Part shown: positions 62,175 to 64,000 of the stretch, piece after piece
Numbering within the stretch: position 1 is the first letter of the stretch
Layout: the number at the start of each line of letters is the position of its first letter
Source: Candidatus Bathyarchaeota archaeon
GTDB lineage: Archaea; Thermoproteota; Bathyarchaeia; Bathyarchaeales; Bathycorpusculaceae
DNA: 64,000 bases
Assembly: GCA_963768425.1 (NCBI GenBank)
Contig: CAVYHV010000014.1
Span: forward strand, 160,001-224,000
Reading direction: 5' to 3'
The notes under the pieces: generated by a model
The model's database searches: none
Told to the model about the DNA's origin: nothing
What the model saw: the letters and a program-made list of their open reading frames with translations, nothing else
Made by a program: the position numbers and the translations under genes

Positions 62175-64000
62175 TTATGGATGTTTTCTTGTGACGAGGA
62201 GCGCTAGTACTGCGATTCCTACGATTATGACGATGATGATTGCGATGCCGATGTATTCAAGTGTGGATTGTGTAGCGATGCCGCTGAGTGGTGTGGATGT
62301 GGGTGCTGTTGTCGGAGCTGGGGAGCCTGCGTGGAAGAATGTTGATGCAGATGATGGGTAGTAACCGTTTGTGCCTGGGAATGTGGCGTAGACTGTGTAA
62401 TTGCCTGTTATGTCGGGTGTCCAGGTTAAGCCGTAGTCGCCAAGAGCGTTTGTTGTTGTCATCCCTATGGTTCTATAGTTGCCGTTACTGTCGAAGACTG
62501 ATAATGTCACTGGGACTCCTGTTGCATTGTGTGGCATTGGTTGTTGCATATAGGCTGCTTCCATGAACTGCGTCATGCTTGCGTCGGATACGCATGGTAG
62601 GCCGTTGGGGAAGTTTAATGCTACTGCAGCTTGGGATGCGCCTGCTGAGATGTCAGTGACTGAACCAGTTATGGTTATGGGTGTAGATGTTGTTACTCCA
62701 ATTTGTGGTGCTGAAATTGTGGTTTTGCTTGGTCCTTGGCCATAGGCATATATCTGGTTATCATATGCATTGAGGGTTGTCATGATGCCGTATGCTAATT
62801 CTGGGTTAGCATCAACGTCGAAGGCACTTATCTGCCATATAACCTTTCCAGTGGTAGTGTTCAAAGCCAGTTGCTGTGCTCCAAGGAACAGGGGCGGTGC
62901 ATATTCATGTCCTTCGCAGAGGAATTCTACTCCGCCGCCACCTCCGATGCCAGTTTGTACCCATATAGGCCAAACGCCATATGGAGTATTAGTTCCAGCA
63001 TCGCCGGTGATTTGGGTTGTGTTGGTGTACCAGTTGAGAGCGCCAGTTAATGCGTTTAGGGACCAGATGTCTCCACCGAAACCAAAGAGAAGGAAGTTAT
63101 CGCCGTAAAGGTTTCCTTTAATTCCGCCGACGGTATCGTAAGGATTGATAGGTGCGCCATTAAGGCCTTTAAGTGTTGTAGTCCATACTTGCTTGCCTGT
63201 GGTAACACTGAAAGCTGAAACTTGACCCGTCTCTTTGACAACAGCGTAGATAGATTCCGTCGCCGACGTTGCCATAGTTGTCTAAGTCGACTGCTGCGTA
63301 AGGTGTGAAGGTTTGGTTTGCTACGAATAGTTGCTGTCCCGTAGTTGTGCTGTAGCCTGTATACATTACGAATCCTGTCTGGAAGTAGTTTGTGAGTCCC
63401 AAGTTAGCTTCTGCATAAAGTATTACTACGCCGCTGTCGACGCCCTTGATCGTCCAAACGTTTGGCAACGTTGCAATGTTTGCATAAGACCCAACTGGAA
63501 CGGTGCCAGGTAATTGCCATGCGGATTGTATTCCGTCTGAAAATGGAATTAGAGTGCCTTGTGGGGGTCTCCATTGCCAACCTGAAGCCGCAGCGACTGC
63601 CCAACCAGAGCCTACCATAATGGCTTGTGTTGAGTTCCAACATTCGAGTAGTGAGTTGCCTGCAGTATTAGTGACTTTTGTCGGTGCTGGTCCAGTAACC
63701 GGTAGAATACCGCTGTAGATTGTTTGTGTGCCAACAGTGGTGTTAGTGTAGTAAGATACTATATCTCCGGTTGCGTCTACACTGTTTCCATAACTGAAGC
63801 CTGTGCCGTTTACTACGCTGAGGATATATTTACCGGTCATGGCGTCAAACAAGTTCAGCGTTGTTGTTAATGGTTGGATAGACGTTGGAGGGATCCAAGC
63901 CGGGGTTCCGGATGTCCATAGATATGCAAGTCCGCCGTATTGGTTAGGTGATACGTAATCGAGTACTTGACCGCATGCCAGAGGCGTAACTACACCAGTA
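62175..64000 (-). CDS. Large PQQ-like beta-propeller cell-surface protein with C-terminal anchor (partial, frameshift near 63260)
   Basis: Repeated xxATTGKxxW blades, NAYDNQIYAYGQGPSKTT, WTPDITGNYTVYATFPGT, C-terminal TM. Confidence 0.85.

Noticed and set aside
7191-63275. Frameshifts in dtdA, trmB, lig, moeB, the ArsB-like gene, mgtA and others as pseudogenes or programmed frameshifting
   Set aside because: They are spread across the whole window and hit normally essential genes such as DNA ligase while catalytic motifs stay intact; long-read indel error is the simpler explanation
1-64000. tRNA, rRNA, SRP or RNase P genes
   Set aside because: No cloverleaf or other conserved RNA signature recognised by eye; tRNAscan-SE and Infernal would be needed to exclude them

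Overview
Archaeal chromosomal segment, most likely Bathyarchaeia/TACK (inferred from the secE-spt5-rpl11-rpl1-rpl10 block, TFB, DtdA, DUF106-cmk and a large beta-propeller surface protein). Many conserved genes carry apparent single-base frameshifts, which fits an unpolished long-read consensus better than real pseudogenes. Housekeeping and metabolic genes flank an accessory region (~10.5-33 kb) rich in small ORFs. Main finding: nine copies of a 24-bp dyad (TGTNGNTGT-N6-ACAGTCACA) between 20.8 and 31.7 kb, each 4-5 bp upstream of a TTAA TATA-like box. Most precede tiny genes, several resembling bacterial general-stress proteins (CsbD-like, two lmo0937-like, holin/YqjE-like). A TrmB regulator lies inside the cluster and a TFB gene at its edge, suggesting an undescribed archaeal general-stress regulon. 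Second finding: a threonine-synthase homolog whose PLP Schiff-base lysine is Arg, fused to a PadR-like wHTH and followed by an ECF S-component and an AIR-synthase-fold gene (possible vitamin B6-sensing regulator plus salvage module). Also seen: a DUF106 insertase with an extra exported domain, a foreign gene in the usual ftsZ slot, two candidate structured RNAs and a complete xanthine-oxidase-family molybdoenzyme module. All family calls are by recognition; no database searches were run.
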